DNA of 64,000 nt from the human T2T-CHM13v2.0 reference genome, Homo sapiens (GCF_009914755.1 NC_060936.1), one strand, 5' to 3'. Positions 13,610-27,229 are shown, counted from the first letter of the stretch. Program-made: numbers and translations. Notes: a model not told the origin generated them from the sequence alone.

Positions 13610-14404
13610 TTTAAAATGATCAGCAGACTCTGCAGCAGGAGAAGGAATCATAAGCATATGACAGAAATAAACATACCATGAGACAGTTGGAGCAAATATG
13701 CATATACTTGCCAAATTCCAGGTCTATGGGTATAGCTGAAGGGAGGCATTTTTAAGAGAAAAATGATAAAGTTATTACTAAATAGAATGAAAATTTGTGA
13801 ATTTAATTTTATCCCAAGATGTAAATCAGGGTTGAAAAAAATAGGTTTAAGAAATGTTTGGTAATGTTATGTGTTGACATACTCCCCAGTTTTTTAATGT
13901 AATCTCTTATAGAGCAATGCTGTTTCTCCACAGAACATCCCTTGGTGCAAAGAGAGAGAATATCAATATAGTCTGATGTGGTATAAAAGCTTAAACTGTT
14001 AGACTGAAGTCAGTTGTATTCTTTAGTTCTAGTTTTGAAGTGTTATTTCTATTCATTCTGAATGCACCTAATCTAAATACAGAAATTATTTCTTGTGTGA
14101 ACTTCGCCAAATTTGAGCACGGACATGAAGATGAAAAGGAGGTAGAGACTGGGTTCATGCTTCTGACAGGATTATTGGTAACAAGTGCTATCACACTGGA
14201 AAGACTGGTACATGAACAACAGGATGTAAACTGTTTGTCAATGCTAGGATTTACAGTCATGGCCTTCGTATGTTACTACTTCATTAAAGGGCCACTCCAT
14301 TTCAAAGCCTACATGCCAATTTGGTCTCCCTGCCACATTGCTTTATGGCCTTATCTCACTGTGCTGAACTACTGCATTGCACTGGAAACTTTAACATTAT
14401 AGCT

Positions 14405-14575
14405 CTCGCAGTAGTTGAGAATGTGAGATTTGCACTCAAAGCCTAATTTTTACCATTTATAGCCTGTGTGACCTTGACCATAGTATATGATCCTTCTGAG
14501 ACTTACTTTTTTCATGTGTAAATAAAAGTGTTAATAATGAAAATCTCAGCACTGATGTGAGGATTAAACAAAGTT
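14405..14575 (+). mobile_element. MIR
   Basis: tgtgtgaccttgacc...ttcatgtgtaaa...gtgaggattaaa. Confidence 0.7.
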
Positions 14576-14859
14576 AGAGGTTGGAACCCTGCTATTAGAA
14601 TTGGTGTAGGGAAGAGGGGTCTTCTGGCCTTTTGCTTAGGAATTAGGGTCTGGAATGCAGACTGTTGAAGGATTAGGCAATGCTGCGATTTTCTTGCCTG
14701 TTTCTACTTTTTCAAACATAATCACCTGATGAAAATACGTGATAATTGTTTTAGAACACTATTTTTTCCCAGTTATATATTTCTAGCATTCACTCAGACA
14801 TAGAACAGCACGAATAGCAAGAAACCTACTAAAATCTCTATCAATGCATAAGAAAGAAG

Positions 14860-15055
14860 ATTTAGTATCAGACTACCTAGATCCACATTGCAGTACTGCA
14901 ACTTATTAGTTTTATGGGCAGTTTGTGCCTCAGTTTCCTCATCTGTAAAACAGGATATTACCTACCTTATAGGGATGTGTAAGATTATAAAATAATACCT
15001 ATGAGGTGCTTAATGAAATACCTGGCATATAACAAAAACTCAATAAATGTTGGTA
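14860..15055 (+). mobile_element. MIR
   Basis: gtgcctcagtttcctcatctgtaaaa...cctggcatataac...ctcaataaatgtt. Confidence 0.85.
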
Positions 15056-15472
15056 TCATCATCATCTTCTTCATCTTCATCATTCTCAGTTCAAGATCAT
15101 ACTGGGCCAAGAGACAGGAACTGATGGGCAGTGGATGCCTACTCCATGCTCAGCCTAAAGGGTAAAGACTGCAGAGTTAAGCTGATTTATTTCATCTCTT
15201 CTGATAATATTTTCCCCAATCTCCATATTATGCCAGGTAGGGATTTTGTTGAGAGAGACTTGAAACTAGAATAAGATTGAGTAAGGTTGTGCTGGGGCAA
15301 GTGGTTTTTCTTGACCTATATAAATTGGTACAGAGTTTAACATCTCAGCCTGGAGGCAGAACCGAGTACTCTATCAGCTGACTCTAGTTTTGCTTTTGGG
15401 CACCATCTTCATTGTTGTGGCCAGCCAGACTTCTGTTTGTCTTCTTTTAATACAACCCAGCTCATACATAAC

Positions 15473-16003
15473 TGTGAAGTTTTCAAGGTACCCAGCACCT
15501 TTTTACACCCTTGCTATATTTGGGAAATTTGCAGCCTTCTTGATTTGGCTTCCTAACAGCAGAATCTAGAAAACTCAAGTTCCAAGACTCCCTTCCAGCT
15601 AGGATACAGGCACCTGCAGGAGGTTTTGCCAGTTAGTCAGTTGCTCCTGAATCTTTGGTTTGGAAGCAAGAAATCTAAGAAGACAAGCTTTAGGGGGAGT
15701 CCTAACTATTTTGCTGGCATTGGTGGCAGCAGAGGCATCCAACAATCAGGGACAGTCAGTACAGGGATTTCCTTTATGTTCATCAGGCAACAGCACAGGT
15801 TGCAGTTTTTTCTCATCAGACCAGTTCTAATGCATGGTTCTAGGATTGTTCCTGTAAGTTTACACTCAACTGTTCCTATATTAAATTCCAACCCTCCCTG
15901 ACAATTCTGTGAGCTATAGAATTTATTTATTTATCCTATAATAAAATCTCTTCCTGGCTGATCAGGCAAGGTTTGTGTTTCTTTCAACTAAAAATCTGGA
16001 TAT
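15473..16003 (+). mobile_element. ERVL solo LTR, LTR33/LTR16-like
   Basis: ttccaagactcccttccagctagg and 3' aataaaatctcttcctggctg...gtttctttcaactaaaaatctg. Confidence 0.5.
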
Positions 16004-16259
16004 ATTCCAGGAAGCCAGGGATTCGTATCTACTACAAAAGGTGGTACAGGCACCAACCAGTAACAGTAAAATATATATAAAAAAACATCTGGTGCTTCAA
16101 AGTGACAGTTGCTATAATGATGCCTACTCTAAATGTGCAAATTTATTCTCTAAATTTTTCAATAAATACTGCTTCTACGGAAAAGGAAAGGCTTTGTTCA
16201 GGCCTTTGGAGCCGACAATAATGCTCTGTCATTAAAATGTCAAGTTTACCTTATCAATT

Positions 16260-16850
16260 TGTCCAGTTAACTATGCTGTGAAACAAACTATCCCAAAACT
16301 TAATAACAATGATATTATTATGCTCACAGACACAGTGGGTCAGGAAATTGGATGGGACACAGAGGACATATGTTCTTTCTGTTCCAAAATCTGAGACTTC
16401 ATCAGGGAAGAATTGAAGAGTGACTTATGGCTGAGTTGGAATTATCTGGCAATGCTTCTCACTAAATCACATCTGTTGCCTGGGCTGATAAGACTCAAAG
16501 ACTTGGCCTACTCAATAGAGTACCTACAGGTGGCCTCTCCTGTCTTGGCTTTCTTACAATATGGTGGCCTCAAGGCAATCAGATTTGTTACTTGGTAGCT
16601 CAAGGCCTAGGGCAAGTATCCCAATAAAGAAGGGGGAAGACACATTACCATTTATGACCCACCTAGGAAGCCATGCAGTGATAATACCAGCATACTTCTA
16701 TTTGTCAAGGCAGTCACAAGAGGAGGGGATTCAAAAGGAAAGGAATTAGACTCTACCTCCTGATGGGGAAGTGGCAAAGTCACACTGTAGAAGAGCATGT
16801 GAGGTGAGAGATACTGTTCCATCCATCTTCGGAAAATAAAGTCTGCCACA
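16260..16850 (-). mobile_element. MLT1 (H-like) MaLR solo LTR
   Basis: TG...CA ends; tgggtcaggaaattgga, tagactctacctcctgatggggaagtggcaaagtcacactg, ggaaaataaagtctgccaca. Confidence 0.85.
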
Positions 16851-17151
16851 GTGATGCTGGTAAAATTGATTTAGAATTCAAATGTTCATCCTAAAGATGT
16901 CTAGGAGTTGCAGAAGTTCAGACAGCCAGAGTACTTTAAGTCTTGATACTATCAAAATACTCTACATCTCCTATAGATCTCGAAAGGGTATGCAGACATT
17001 CTCAATTTGCATTCTATTTTTCAGCCATCAGTATATAATTTGACTATGGAATACTCATCTAGAAAACCTGGTGACTATTTATATTCTGAATACTAAAATC
17101 TTTTAGTTACAGTCAAAGCTATTATATAGTTTGTATTTTCTTCCAGCTTAC

Positions 17152-17177
17152 CACAAGTCCCTGGTGCTATGACTCCT
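17152..17177 (-). other. Candidate 26-nt exon (B)
   Basis: Acceptor tctctattttgcag|, donor GTG|gtaagc. Confidence 0.2.
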
Positions 17178-17905
17178 CTGCAAAATAGAGATCTCTTGAA
17201 AAATCTTGCATTTGCTTTCAAAGCACTGTCATAAATATAAAATCCTTTTGATAAAAGGATTTTTATCATGTTCATGTATTTCCTATAGTTTTATAGATGA
17301 AAGATGGTGTTGATAATGGCATAATTTTGATCTTTCCCACTGAGCAGATCGTTGCAGCTGAGTTTTCCCTTGTAAAATTCAATTACGTTTCTCTACATCT
17401 TATCATCACTGCCAAAAGATGTACTGAAATCTTTCCTAACTCCCTTCTGGCAAAAACAAGTTCTGCTACAAAGGGTCTCTTAAGATTCTTGAAGGACATC
17501 TGTCTTCATCAGCATGTGATCTGGTGGAGATATGTGCTGTTTTAAGATACAGGTTCATCAGTTATTCTTTTGGCAAATTTAAATGCTATTACTGTGTGAT
17601 TGCAAAAGTAAGACCTGAGAGCTATTAGTCAAAGTACCAATCCTTTTCAGAAGAAAATATACCCAGCATCTTTTAAAATGGAATGTGTATTTGTTTTTCA
17701 GGCCAGGGCTTTGGACTTATCCATCGATTCTGCCCCAGTACATTTACATAATTGTTGCACAACAAGTGTCTGTTGATGACAATCTTATGATTATGCATTG
17801 CTTCCATTAATATATAGTTCATATACCACAGTGCTGATTCTTTTTATATCTGGCAGGTTTTAGATTTTTTTTTTAACTTCTGAAGACTTATGTTTCATGA
17901 TATGG

Positions 17906-18282
17906 TGTATTAGTCCATTCTTGCATTGCTATAAAGAAATACCTGAGACTGAGTAATTTATAAAGAAAAGAGGTTTAACTGGCTTATGGTTATGCAGGAT
18001 GTACAGAAAGCATAGCAGCTTCTGCTTCTGGGGAGGCCTCAGGAAACTTACAATCATGGAAGAAGGCGAAGGGAGAGCTAGCACTTCACATGGCCGGAGC
18101 AGAAGGAAGAGAGAGAGAGACGCGGCAGGTGCTACACATTTTTAAACAACCAGATCTTGTGATAATTCACTCACTCACTATCATGAGATTAGCACTGAGA
18201 TGGTGCTAAACCATTCATGAGAATTTTTCCCCCATGATCCAATCACCTCCCACCAGGACCCACCTCCAACACTGGGGATTAC
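17906..18282 (-). mobile_element. MST (MSTA/MSTB) MaLR LTR, truncated at its right end
   Basis: tgtattagtccattcttgcattgctataaagaaatacctgagact...cacctccaacactggggattac; expected terminal ~45 bp missing. Confidence 0.92.
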
Positions 18283-18294
18283 TGTTCCCCAGTG

Positions 18295-18402
18295 GGAAAA
18301 ACTGTTCCATGTTCTGCATGATTTACCAAACGTTCCACCATTCCTTCAGGTGTTAAACTCTTTCTAAAATTATCTCAGCTTACACATTAGCAGCCTTTGT
18401 AC
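18295..18402 (+). repeat. ~108-bp copy of 20301-20412 (Arthur1-derived)
   Basis: Roughly 85-90% identical with one 4-bp indel. Confidence 0.9.
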
Positions 18403-19769
18403 GTTCTAAGATATATTACATTTCATGTATACATACCCTGTATGTATGCTATAAAAGTCAAACCCATCAGAATTGGTAGTAAGACACATAAAGATAGGAA
18501 CCATGTTTTATATTTTCTTCACCTAGCACAGTGCCTCATACAATGTAGGCATTTAATAAGCATTTGTAAAATGACACAATTATTAAATAAAGAGTGATAA
18601 TATATCATTGTTAGGTCACCTTGTCTTGTTCATTCATTATCTCATGAACTTTAACAGTCTTATCCTAAAAATAAAGTTGGTAATAAACACATTGTTACAA
18701 AATGGGACCTCAGTTTCTTTAGGAAATAATTGGTTCACATCCTGCACTGCCATCATCAGAAAGAAGTCCCTTTCACCATCAAAATATGTAAATTTGAGCT
18801 AGGTTTCCAGAAATGATTCTTGATTGTATTAAACAATTGAATGTTCTGCACTGATGTTCTCTGTTAAGTGAACAGGAAGTGACCTGGATGAGGTTACATA
18901 GCTGCAAAATCCCATCTTCATGCAAGTTCCTTTGTGGTTGCTAGGGCTCCATCATTCCACAGGCTGCTTCACAAACATCCACCATAAAAATAAAGCCTGG
19001 TATCACTGCTACTCAGTCAGTAATTAAATTCCATGCACATCCAGAATTTTGCTTGTATGTACATTTTAATAATGAGGTTGTCTTCAAGGCTGTTGAAAGG
19101 TGGTAGAAGACTTCATTGCTTAACCAAAATCTGCCAATTATCCCTTAACTTTGCAGTTTTACTAAGATCAATCATCCAACATATTGTGGTGCTTTAACTG
19201 GTTACAAATTAAACAGAAAAAGTAATAAGAAAAGAAAACCAATTTTCCTAGACTACCTTAAGCCTGCCAAGCATAAAAATGCACTTAACTCAGAAAACTG
19301 CTGAGAGATTAATATAGAATTTGTGTGCTACTAAAGAAATCATTAAAGCAGCTAAATTCTGGGAATACAGCCTCTGCAAAAGTAAGGGAAATATCTTATT
19401 CAAAAATAGTGGTACAATTAAATTTAGTTATTTATCCTGTACCAATGTAAAAAGGATTTTATTAGTATAACTTCATTTAAAGCCACATATGCAAATCTTC
19501 AGAGTGAAGAAAAGATTTCAACTGTTAGGCAATTTAAATTTTAGTATTAGACAACAAGAAAAGTATGAGCACTTAAAACAAAAAAATCTGCAAGAGCGAT
19601 AATGAGGATCAAACTGGAATGAAAACTACAAAATTTGGCAGCTTGAAGAAAAAAATTTATAGTTAAGTTAGAAATAAAATTTAAAATAAAGAACTTGAAT
19701 TTTATCTCCAGTATAATTCTTTACTGTCATTCATGGTTGTCATGATTATTGTTATAATCATCTTCATAG

Positions 19770-19965
19770 CTCTCCTCTAAAAAATGCTTATTCTATTACA
19801 AGCACTTTATACTCATTTTCTAACTTAATCATCAAAACAACCCTATGAGTTAGGTACTACTACTCTTAGTGGAGAAACTGAGGCTAAGAAAGGTTAACTA
19901 GCACACATTACTGGCCTAAACCTAGTAAATGACAGGTTAAAACCCCAGGCAGTCTTATTCCACAT
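19770..19965 (-). mobile_element. MIR
   Basis: aacaaccctatgagttaggtac...gagaaactgaggctaagaaaggttaa. Confidence 0.8.
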
Positions 19966-19989
19966 TTCCTCATAATTATCATCTGTCTA

Positions 19990-20920
19990 GATTTTTTTGA
20001 CAATAGATCTGATGAATATAGCAGCTACAGACATAGCAAAGCTGTCATGCAGCTCATGAGCTGCATGAATCTTAACTAGTTGAGTGACTGGTTTCAGGTA
20101 ACAAACTTTTCTGGTTCTCAAATTCCTTAAGGAGGTGGTAGGACTAGGATAGAGATGCACAACTGGGGCAGCAACCACCAGGGAGCAATGTGTCCATTTA
20201 TGGGAAGGCAGGATCACAATGATTGTGGACCACTATTGTGGGCATTTGGTAGGCAAAGTTCAGTCACAGAGGTGGAAATGAGTGGAACAATTCCATCAAA
20301 GGAAAAATTTTTTCATGTTCTGCATGATTTACCAGATGTTCCACCATTCATTCAGGTATTAGATAAACTCTTTCTAAAATTATCTGAGCCTACATATTAA
20401 CAGCTTTTGTACATGTAAACCCCAAGTATTTTTTTGTTTTGTGCTATTTTAATATATATTGATTTTTCCAGGAATGCAGCCTCAATATGCATATCTGTGT
20501 AACTGTGTGTGTATGAGTGAGCTTGCTTCATTTGGAACTTTATCAATGACGGGTTACCATCTGGGAAAATCATAGCATTGATATAAGGTCAATTACGGCA
20601 TCTGAGTTGCCAATACAACACACCTGTAACCGACAGCATTTGAGGCTGCCCCATTCATGATGATTCTACACACATGTGCACACATCTGACTATTTCATTA
20701 GGTCTTCCAAAGAAGTCATGCTTTAAGCATTTATATATTGATATTGACATATGTATATTTTTATATATCTTTTGTATTTCAGTCAGGGTGTTAAACTATT
20801 GATTTTTGAAAATCCATGTATGTTGATATTGTTGGTAAAATGTATTTTAAGTCACTAAAAGGCAGTGTTATTAAATTTTTGTCAGGAAAGGGTGTAACTG
20901 TTCTCATACAATAAAGAAAT
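19990..20920. mobile_element. Arthur1 (hAT-Tip100) DNA transposon fragment
   Basis: aaattatctgagcc, ttttccaggaatgca, gagttgccaatacaacacacctgta, catctgactatttcatta match Arthur1 consensus as recalled. Confidence 0.75.
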
Positions 20921-21569
20921 TCTGGAATAGGTAATATCTAACATCTCATACAATTTTAAGATTCTATTTCACCTTATTAAACACAGCCATAATCAGTGAT
21001 CTTTCTCCACAAAAGTGATTGCAGCCAAAAATCAAAAGTTAATTACACATTACCTCTTACTTAGCATTATTGCTCACAGAACACACACTTATATTTCTGG
21101 AAATTCTCTAATTTGCACATTTTTTATAATGGGAAATGTCTTTCCAAGTCTGTGAGGCAGAAAATAGCATTCCACATACACCCCACATATTCATTCTTTC
21201 CTCTTATCCCACACATAAAACATATCTGGCAGAAAGTCAGATTAGAAAATGGAATGGGACTATGCTTATAAATTCATTTTAAGTTAAAAATAAAATTAAA
21301 AAATGAGTGAAAGGAGTCACAACAGAAACAATGGATGGAAAATGAAAGAAGTGATGCGGAATTAAAATAATTTGATCATTCTATACTGTGGGCCAACATT
21401 ACAGAAATAGAGAATTATAACAAGGTATGGTAATTTTAACTCAAGAAAGACATAAGGTTTCCTCTGCTTTGCCATGTAGAGGAGTCAGTCAACAATGATT
21501 AAGCAAGAGTTCAGAACTCTTTACAAAGGGATATGAATGGCTGTTCTGAAGTCCCTTCTCACATTCAAA

Positions 21570-22450
21570 TTCAAGCGATTAAACAAAGACAGACTGAGCA
21601 CCCACTGAATAGATGGGCTGAGGACTGGGCTGGCTGCTATGGAGTGGGATGGAAGTGAGATTCCTACACTCCATGTTCCTGCAGGACATACACACACAAA
21701 TAAATCTGAAATAAGGATGACTATGAAACAAGTTATAAGAGAGATAGTAAGTGCTAAAGGAACCTGGAAGAGGGAAGAAGACTTATTTCAACTAGGGGAA
21801 CCGAGAAGGCTTTTTGGAAGAGGTAGGATTTGAGCTAAGCTTGAAGAAAAAGAAGAGCTTTCATAAGCAGAAATGAGTGTGAGAGGGGAGGTACTCCAGG
21901 AAGAAGAAATAACTGGAACCAAAGCCTGGGAGAGGAGAAAATGGAGGGCAGATTGGAGTGATGATGTTAGGGTGGAGAAGGGAGACTGCAGAGGCAGGGG
22001 ACAGGTAGGGGAGAAAATAAAGGTCAATGTGAAAGCCACACTGAGGAGTTGGGACATATTCTACATATTCAACATTCATTAAACCAATGCTACAAAGCAC
22101 CTACTATGTATCAGACTCCGTTTTAGGCAGCAGGGAAATAGCAGAAAACAATGCAGATAAAAATCCCTGACCTCATGGAGCTTACATTGTTAGCTGGTAA
22201 ACTACAGAATAAGATAAACAAGAAAGAATATATAATATGTTATAGAGGAAGAAGTATCGCGGAGAAAAATGAAGAAGGGAAGAGGAATAGAGGTGACGCA
22301 ATTTTAGAATGTCCAGAGAAGGCCTTACTGAGAAGGTAACATTGGAACAACAGCTTGTAGGAGGTGAGAATCTATGTAACAGGGATTCAGGAACAGATGG
22401 TGAACGACTTACAGAAACAGAGACAATATGGACACTGATTTGAGGGGGGC
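21570..22450. mobile_element. Two adjacent L2 fragments
   Basis: actgagcacccact...tttgagctaagcttgaag; cattcatt...gcacctactatgtatcagac...ccctgacctcatggagcttacatt. Confidence 0.7.
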
Positions 22451-23159
22451 ATTGAGGGGTTGGTAGCTAGGGGCAGGGAGATGAAGCAGCAGCATAATGC
22501 ATTGCATACTACATAATGTTTATGATTCCCAGCTACACAGGAAATGTATACAATATGTATATGAATGATAAATACCATGAAAGGAGGGAAGGAAAGTGAA
22601 AAAGGTAATATAGGAAAGTGTCCTCAGGTGGCTTTTACTATCTTGTTATTTTTGTTCTTAAACTGGGGCTGCACTCATAGGTGTTTGCTGTGTTAATCTC
22701 TATTTTTATTTGCAAGTCTGAAGTAGCTTGCAAAAAGGAAAAAAAAAGTGGAGGCAACAGTTTAAATAGTTTACATATAATTATAATTTACTACATACCA
22801 GGTGCTTAGTGCTACACAGGAACTCCCTCGATGAATCCACACAACAACCCTGTGGAAGGGGGTATTATTTCTATCATTCATTTATAGGTTAAATAAATAA
22901 ATAAATAAGGCACAGAGACTACGTAATTTGGACAAGGCCACATACTGAGCAAACCAAGCCACATAGGCTACAAACCAAGGCAGCAAGACTCCAAAGACCA
23001 TATGTGAAGCCACTCTCCAAACAGCACTCAGAATCGCCTCTCCAAAAATAAACAAAAGCTTCAGCTGGAGGAAGCTGAACAGCAAAGGAGGGAAGACAAA
23101 GATAGTAACAGAGTTAAGAGGCACTGTCAAGGCAGAATGAATTGAATGGCAACTAGTTA

Positions 23160-23700
23160 TAAGATTCATTCATTCACTCCTTATTTTTTCACGGCTCAAC
23201 TTGCAGTGCATATTTTTTAAATTTCTTAAACCGTATGTGCCAGTCACTGCTGTAGGTACAACAGTATAAGAGTAGATAAGGCAGAGCTTATGGGCAATTG
23301 AAATACAGTATAACTAGCACTATAATAAAGGTATGCAAGGAGGGTATGGGAGCCTATGGCCGGCATGTCTAAGGTCCAGATGCCAGAGTCAACTGCAGTG
23401 TAAGAAAGAGTGAACCCAATTAAGCAGAGGTTGAGGTGTCTACACACAGTAGGCAGTGTTCATGCTAAGTCCTACTGGGAGAAATGCAAGTGATTAATAT
23501 TGTGCAGGGGCAAGAAGGAAATGAGGGTAGCTGATGATGAGGCACAGAGAGTAGGTAATTTGTACAAGACCAGATAGCTTGAGGTTCAGCAGAGGTCAGC
23601 CCATGACAGCCAGATGTAGAATGACCAGCCATGCAAAGAAGGGAAGGAGCAAAGGACCGATGTGTTTAAGAGAACTGAGTGCAAAAGGAAGGAGCAGATG
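23160..23700. mobile_element. L2 fragment
   Basis: ttcattcattcactc...tatgtgccagtcactgctgtaggt...gagcttat. Confidence 0.55.
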
Positions 23701-25094
23701 GAGCCCAAGAACCTCACTAGGATTGTGGGTGGTAAGATCTGCTAAAAAAAGGGAGTTGGGGGGATGGGTGAAAACTTTAGGATAATGTCAAATACAGCCA
23801 TGTTAATTAAAGTGACAGGAAATTAACAATGGATTCAAAAGAAATACACCATGCTAAATGGAGGATGTAGTAGAGGTAAAATGTCTTGACGTTGAGTTCA
23901 TTGGTCAACACTCACATTGGTCAATATCATGATTGGGAGATCCCTGTCACTCCTCAACATGTGGGTATGGGAGCAGAGAGATTGCAGGCATAACCAGAGG
24001 ATGAAGACAGAGTGATGGACTCTTTATTTATTTTAAAATTATTTATAAGGATTCAATGGCTAGTACTAAGAAACACAGACTACATTGTTTCCAACTTATA
24101 ATTGGATTTTATAATATAATTGGAATAGAGCAAAGGCACAGGAGGAAAACACCAGCCATGGAAAATAGTGGGAACATGACATGATATGTATAAGCATTCA
24201 TATTAACCAAAGATTAGTCAAATGAATCCCCAAAGACTGCTGAACTGATTAACCGACCTGTACATTTATATAGGCAGACCCTTAAAAATCAAACATACTT
24301 TTGTTAATGTTTCCTAAGGTTCATTTAATCTGTGTTCCCTAGAAACACAATTTCCAAGTAAGTGGTGAGGTGAATGAGGAAAATATCTCTAGTTCTCACC
24401 AGTCAGCAGCTCAATACTTGAAGTCAGGTTTTCAGGTAGAATTTCTGTTACTCTTCTGTTTTTTTTTTTTCCTCTCTTTCAAATACCAGGTGTCTCAGGT
24501 AAGTAATAAAAGGAGGACTAAAGGGAGTTTTCACTTTTTTCCTTTCATTTATTAATTTCTGCACATATTTCTCCAAATGGACTATCTAATGAATGGTAAA
24601 CAGAGTTCCTTTAAAGAAAAAGGCCCAGTGGACAGAAACGCTACAGAAAAAGAGAGAAAAAAGAGAAAAAGGTTTTGTGTATGGTATTGGAGGGTGGCAG
24701 TGTAGAGCTTCCTTTTTTTCTGGACGCTAATACCAGAGGTCAGTTTTAAGCCTTAGTTTGTAAAGATGCGATGTGAGGTTCACAAGGGAAGTAAAGGGTA
24801 AAAGGCTTAAAGCATAGCTGGAGAAGCTGAAGCTGCTAATTGGCTCTAATGATCTGAATGCAAATTAATAAATCTCTGTGCTAAAAATTACATGCACATA
24901 TAATTATGACTTTTATAACTTAAGAGCTCTACTTAACCCATTATTCACATTCTTTCTTTCCTGAGACCTGGTAGGAATGGATAACTTTTTTTTTTTATTA
25001 CCTCTCCAGCTTCATCCACCACATGCACCATTGAGCTTTACAGCCTTTGAAGGTCTTATTAAAACAATCCAAGGATTGCAGAAATGAAACTCAC

Positions 25095-25239
25095 AGACAT
25101 TATTACAAAGGAGGGGGAAAGGGTCAAGCTCAAGGCTGTGGAAGGCTGAGTAGCTTGAAAATTTCCAGCAAAGTTATCTACCCAGGACCCTTGGACTAGG
25201 CAAGAAGAAAAATCTGAAATCACAATATGTGGCTGTGGG
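25095..25239 (-). other. Candidate 145-nt exon (A) carrying the first ATG (25100-25098)
   Basis: Very strong acceptor ttctttttctttttatgtgtctttttattcccaacag|, donor TCT|gtgagt; only ATG is at the exon end with A at -3. Confidence 0.3.
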
Positions 25240-25939
25240 CTGTTGGGAATAAAAAGACACATAAAAAGAAAAAGAACTCAGCTGTAACAAAATGGCCAGA
25301 CTGCATTTTCTTCCACAAAGAATGGAGCAGTTGTCACAATAACTGAGATAATTAATATTAAGAGGTTTAATAGAATGCCTGGTACAAACCAAGTATTTGA
25401 AAATTTCCTTTCAGTCATTCAGAGAGGTGGCATCTAATTCCTATTTCTAGTTCCTATGATTTCACTTTTTCCTATCCCCTGTTCTGTATGTTCCTCTCTA
25501 CTGTGTACTTGCTCCTTTCTTTTCCCTCCCATCTCCATCTTTCTCTTCTCATGGCTTCTATCACATGAATAGGCAGGCAACCACTTGGTTCCTCTGTCAT
25601 TAAACATTCAACAGAGACTAAACCCTTGAGCCCTACTGCCCGTGCCCCATGTAAACACATAGTGTGCCATCACAAAAAAAAAAAAAAAGACCACTCTTCT
25701 ATCAACACGATGTTACAGCATCTGAGCCAATGCAATGCTAGGGATAATTTTAAAAGGGGACTTTGCCTAGGAAGCTGGTAGATGGAACAGTGTACACAGA
25801 CAGAAGACTCCAAGATCACCAGAGAAAAACTGGATGCAAACTAATACCTGTTTTGTACTTGAGATCTGACAAGTGTGGAATAGGAGAAAAAAGAGGTAAG
25901 AGGAGCCAGCCGAGCTGAACCGAAGCCAATTTTAGCCAA

Positions 25940-26070
25940 TTAAACAGCTCTGATCTTGAGTAATTGCTTAACTTCTCTGTGCCTCAGTTCCCTTATCTGT
26001 AAAATGAGACTATTGTGAGAATTAAATGAATCAGTACATCAGAAGCAGTGTTAGGAACATATTAAGGGAT
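25940..26070 (+). mobile_element. MIR
   Basis: cttaacttctctgtgcctcagttcccttatctgtaaaatgag. Confidence 0.85.
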
Positions 26071-26479
26071 ATGCAGTCATACAAATAAAGTATTATCTGC
26101 GAGTACTACCACCACTGCCATCATCATCGTTTTATTTCAAGACAAGTCCAAACCAAATATTATAAGCATTAATATTAATCACAATAATAACATTCTGCTT
26201 ATTTCATATTTTGCTTTTCAGTTCCAAAAGCACCTTCCCCATGGTCTCCTTTTAGCTTCACAGTAGCCCTGTGGGCCAGAAGGATTATTATCTCCTCCTC
26301 GCAGACAAGGCAGACAAGGCAGCCAAGGCTGCTTTAAATACTTGGTCTGCTCTGCCGTTCTTTGCAAGGTTCATAACCAAAGAGACACCTTTAGTGGATT
26401 CTGGCTCCAGAATTGGGGAAGAAAAACCACACAAGCAAAGTAAGAAACAAAACTGGGAGGAAAGGTCTTTCCCTCCCAC

Positions 26480-26885
26480 CCCTCACATTACATCCATCTC
26501 CAAGTTATGAGTCTACTACCCACTCTGCTTTGTTCATTTCTATTCTCTCCACTCCATCCTCACAGCAACAGCCCTTATCACAGGACAACTGCAACTACCA
26601 GTTAATGTCTCTCTGGTCTCTTCCCACATGAAAACCCATAATGCCACTCTCCTTTGGGGCTCCCTCATCTTCCCCTTTCACATTTCCAGTCGTGATCCCA
26701 TTGCAACTGTGCACCCCTTTCCCTTTAGTACTGCCCATTCCTTAATTTTTGGCCTTAGTCTTCACACTAGATTATAAATTATTTGAGGGCATGGATCATG
26801 TTTTTTCATCTTCATTTTCACAGTACCCATCAAAATACCCAACCCATGGTGCTCAATAAATCTATATTGAACAAGCAAATGAAAA
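26480..26885. mobile_element. L2 fragment
   Basis: cactagattataaattatttgagggcatggatcatg...ggtgctcaataaatctatattgaac. Confidence 0.65.
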
Positions 26886-27109
26886 CTCTATAATATAAGT
26901 AGAGAGGGACTGGGGTACAGCCCTGACCATGTTTACATTGTATTACATCAGTAGACACATTCATGGAAGGCTGCCCCTTCTGAGTGAAAACTGAATCTGA
27001 TTAGAGACTAAGGACTTTCCAAACTTGGGGAAAGGACCTAAAAAGGACCCCCAGGTTCCTCCTTTAGTGTCTCAATGATCAAAAGCTCTCCCTTGAGAGG
27101 GTTTATAGT

Positions 27110-27220
27110 TAGGGTGAACATACGTCCTGGTTTGCATAGTAAAGCCCTGATTTATAACTGTCATCCCGATGTAAATAGCAACAGTGTCCCATTTCACAAA
27201 GACATCCCCGTTTGGACACT
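27110..27220. mobile_element. MER81 (hAT-Blackjack)
   Basis: tagggtgaacatacgtcctggtttgc...tgtcatcccgatgtaa...catccccgtttggac. Confidence 0.75.
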
Positions 27221-27229
27221 ATACTACAT

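Noticed and set aside
14040-14402. 120-aa + strand ORF with hydrophobic stretches
   Set aside because: Non-ATG start, no recognisable family, no convincing exon context; length within chance for 64 kb
25200-25239. HIVISDFSSC resembling a kinase DFG region
   Set aside because: No glycine at the DFG position and no other kinase subdomains nearby
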